From Mizuhopecten yessoensis (taxonomy: Eukaryota), in NCBI RefSeq assembly GCF_002113885.1, contig NW_018407257.1:79945-143944 (forward strand): DNA of 64,000 bases, read 5' to 3'. The notes beneath the pieces were generated by a model. That model was given only the letters and a program-made list of their open reading frames with translations, was not told where the DNA came from and made no database searches. A program made the translations under genes and the position numbers. Positions 63,860 to 64,000 of the stretch are shown piece after piece (within the stretch, counting starts at the first letter, position 1; every line of letters starts with the position of its first letter).

Positions 63860-63983
63860 CACAGGGCTAGCAACGATTTATATGGGATAAGAATAAAAAT
63901 AGCGAGAAAAAATACGTAACTGCACATAACATTTTCTCGTTATTTTTATTCTTATCCCATATAAATCGTTGCTAGCCCCTGTG
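63860..63983. mobile_element. Foldback MITE, CACAGGG...CCCTGTG ends, 7-bp TSD GGTTATG
   Basis: Hairpin; GGTTATG at 63853-63859 and 63984-63990. Confidence 0.85.
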
Positions 63984-64000
63984 GGTTATGGCAGAATCGG

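Noticed and set aside
62985-63927. ORFs of 223, 98 and 99 aa
   Set aside because: No recognisable domain; they run across several nested repeat fragments.

Overview
AT-rich, intron-containing animal genomic DNA. The repeat content (HINE-like elements, tRNA-derived SINEs, CR1/Penelope fragments) suggests a bivalve mollusc; this is inference. Four spliced genes were rebuilt by hand with phase-consistent GT-AG junctions. (1) UQCRFS1, the Rieske Fe-S subunit of complex III (- strand, 4 exons, 270 aa). (2) Head-to-head with it, 236 bp away, a 252-aa gene not represented as a recognisable ORF in the supplied track: N-terminal chromodomain with an intact aromatic cage, a lamin-B-receptor-like RS domain and one transmembrane helix. 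It is a candidate single-protein heterochromatin tether at the nuclear membrane and the best finding here. (3) EIF2S2/eIF2-beta (+ strand, 9 exons, 330 aa). (4) A convergent TNF-receptor-superfamily death receptor (- strand, 6 exons, 470 aa). The rest is satellites and minisatellites (including a near-invariant 5.3-kb array of a 48-bp unit), tandem repeats built from splice-site sequences, MITEs and foldback elements with recognisable target-site duplications, a deleted piggyBac, a tRNA-bearing solo LTR, SINEs, LINE fragments, a pogo-like DNA-binding-domain ORF and two N gaps. All calls come from manual reading; no searches were run.
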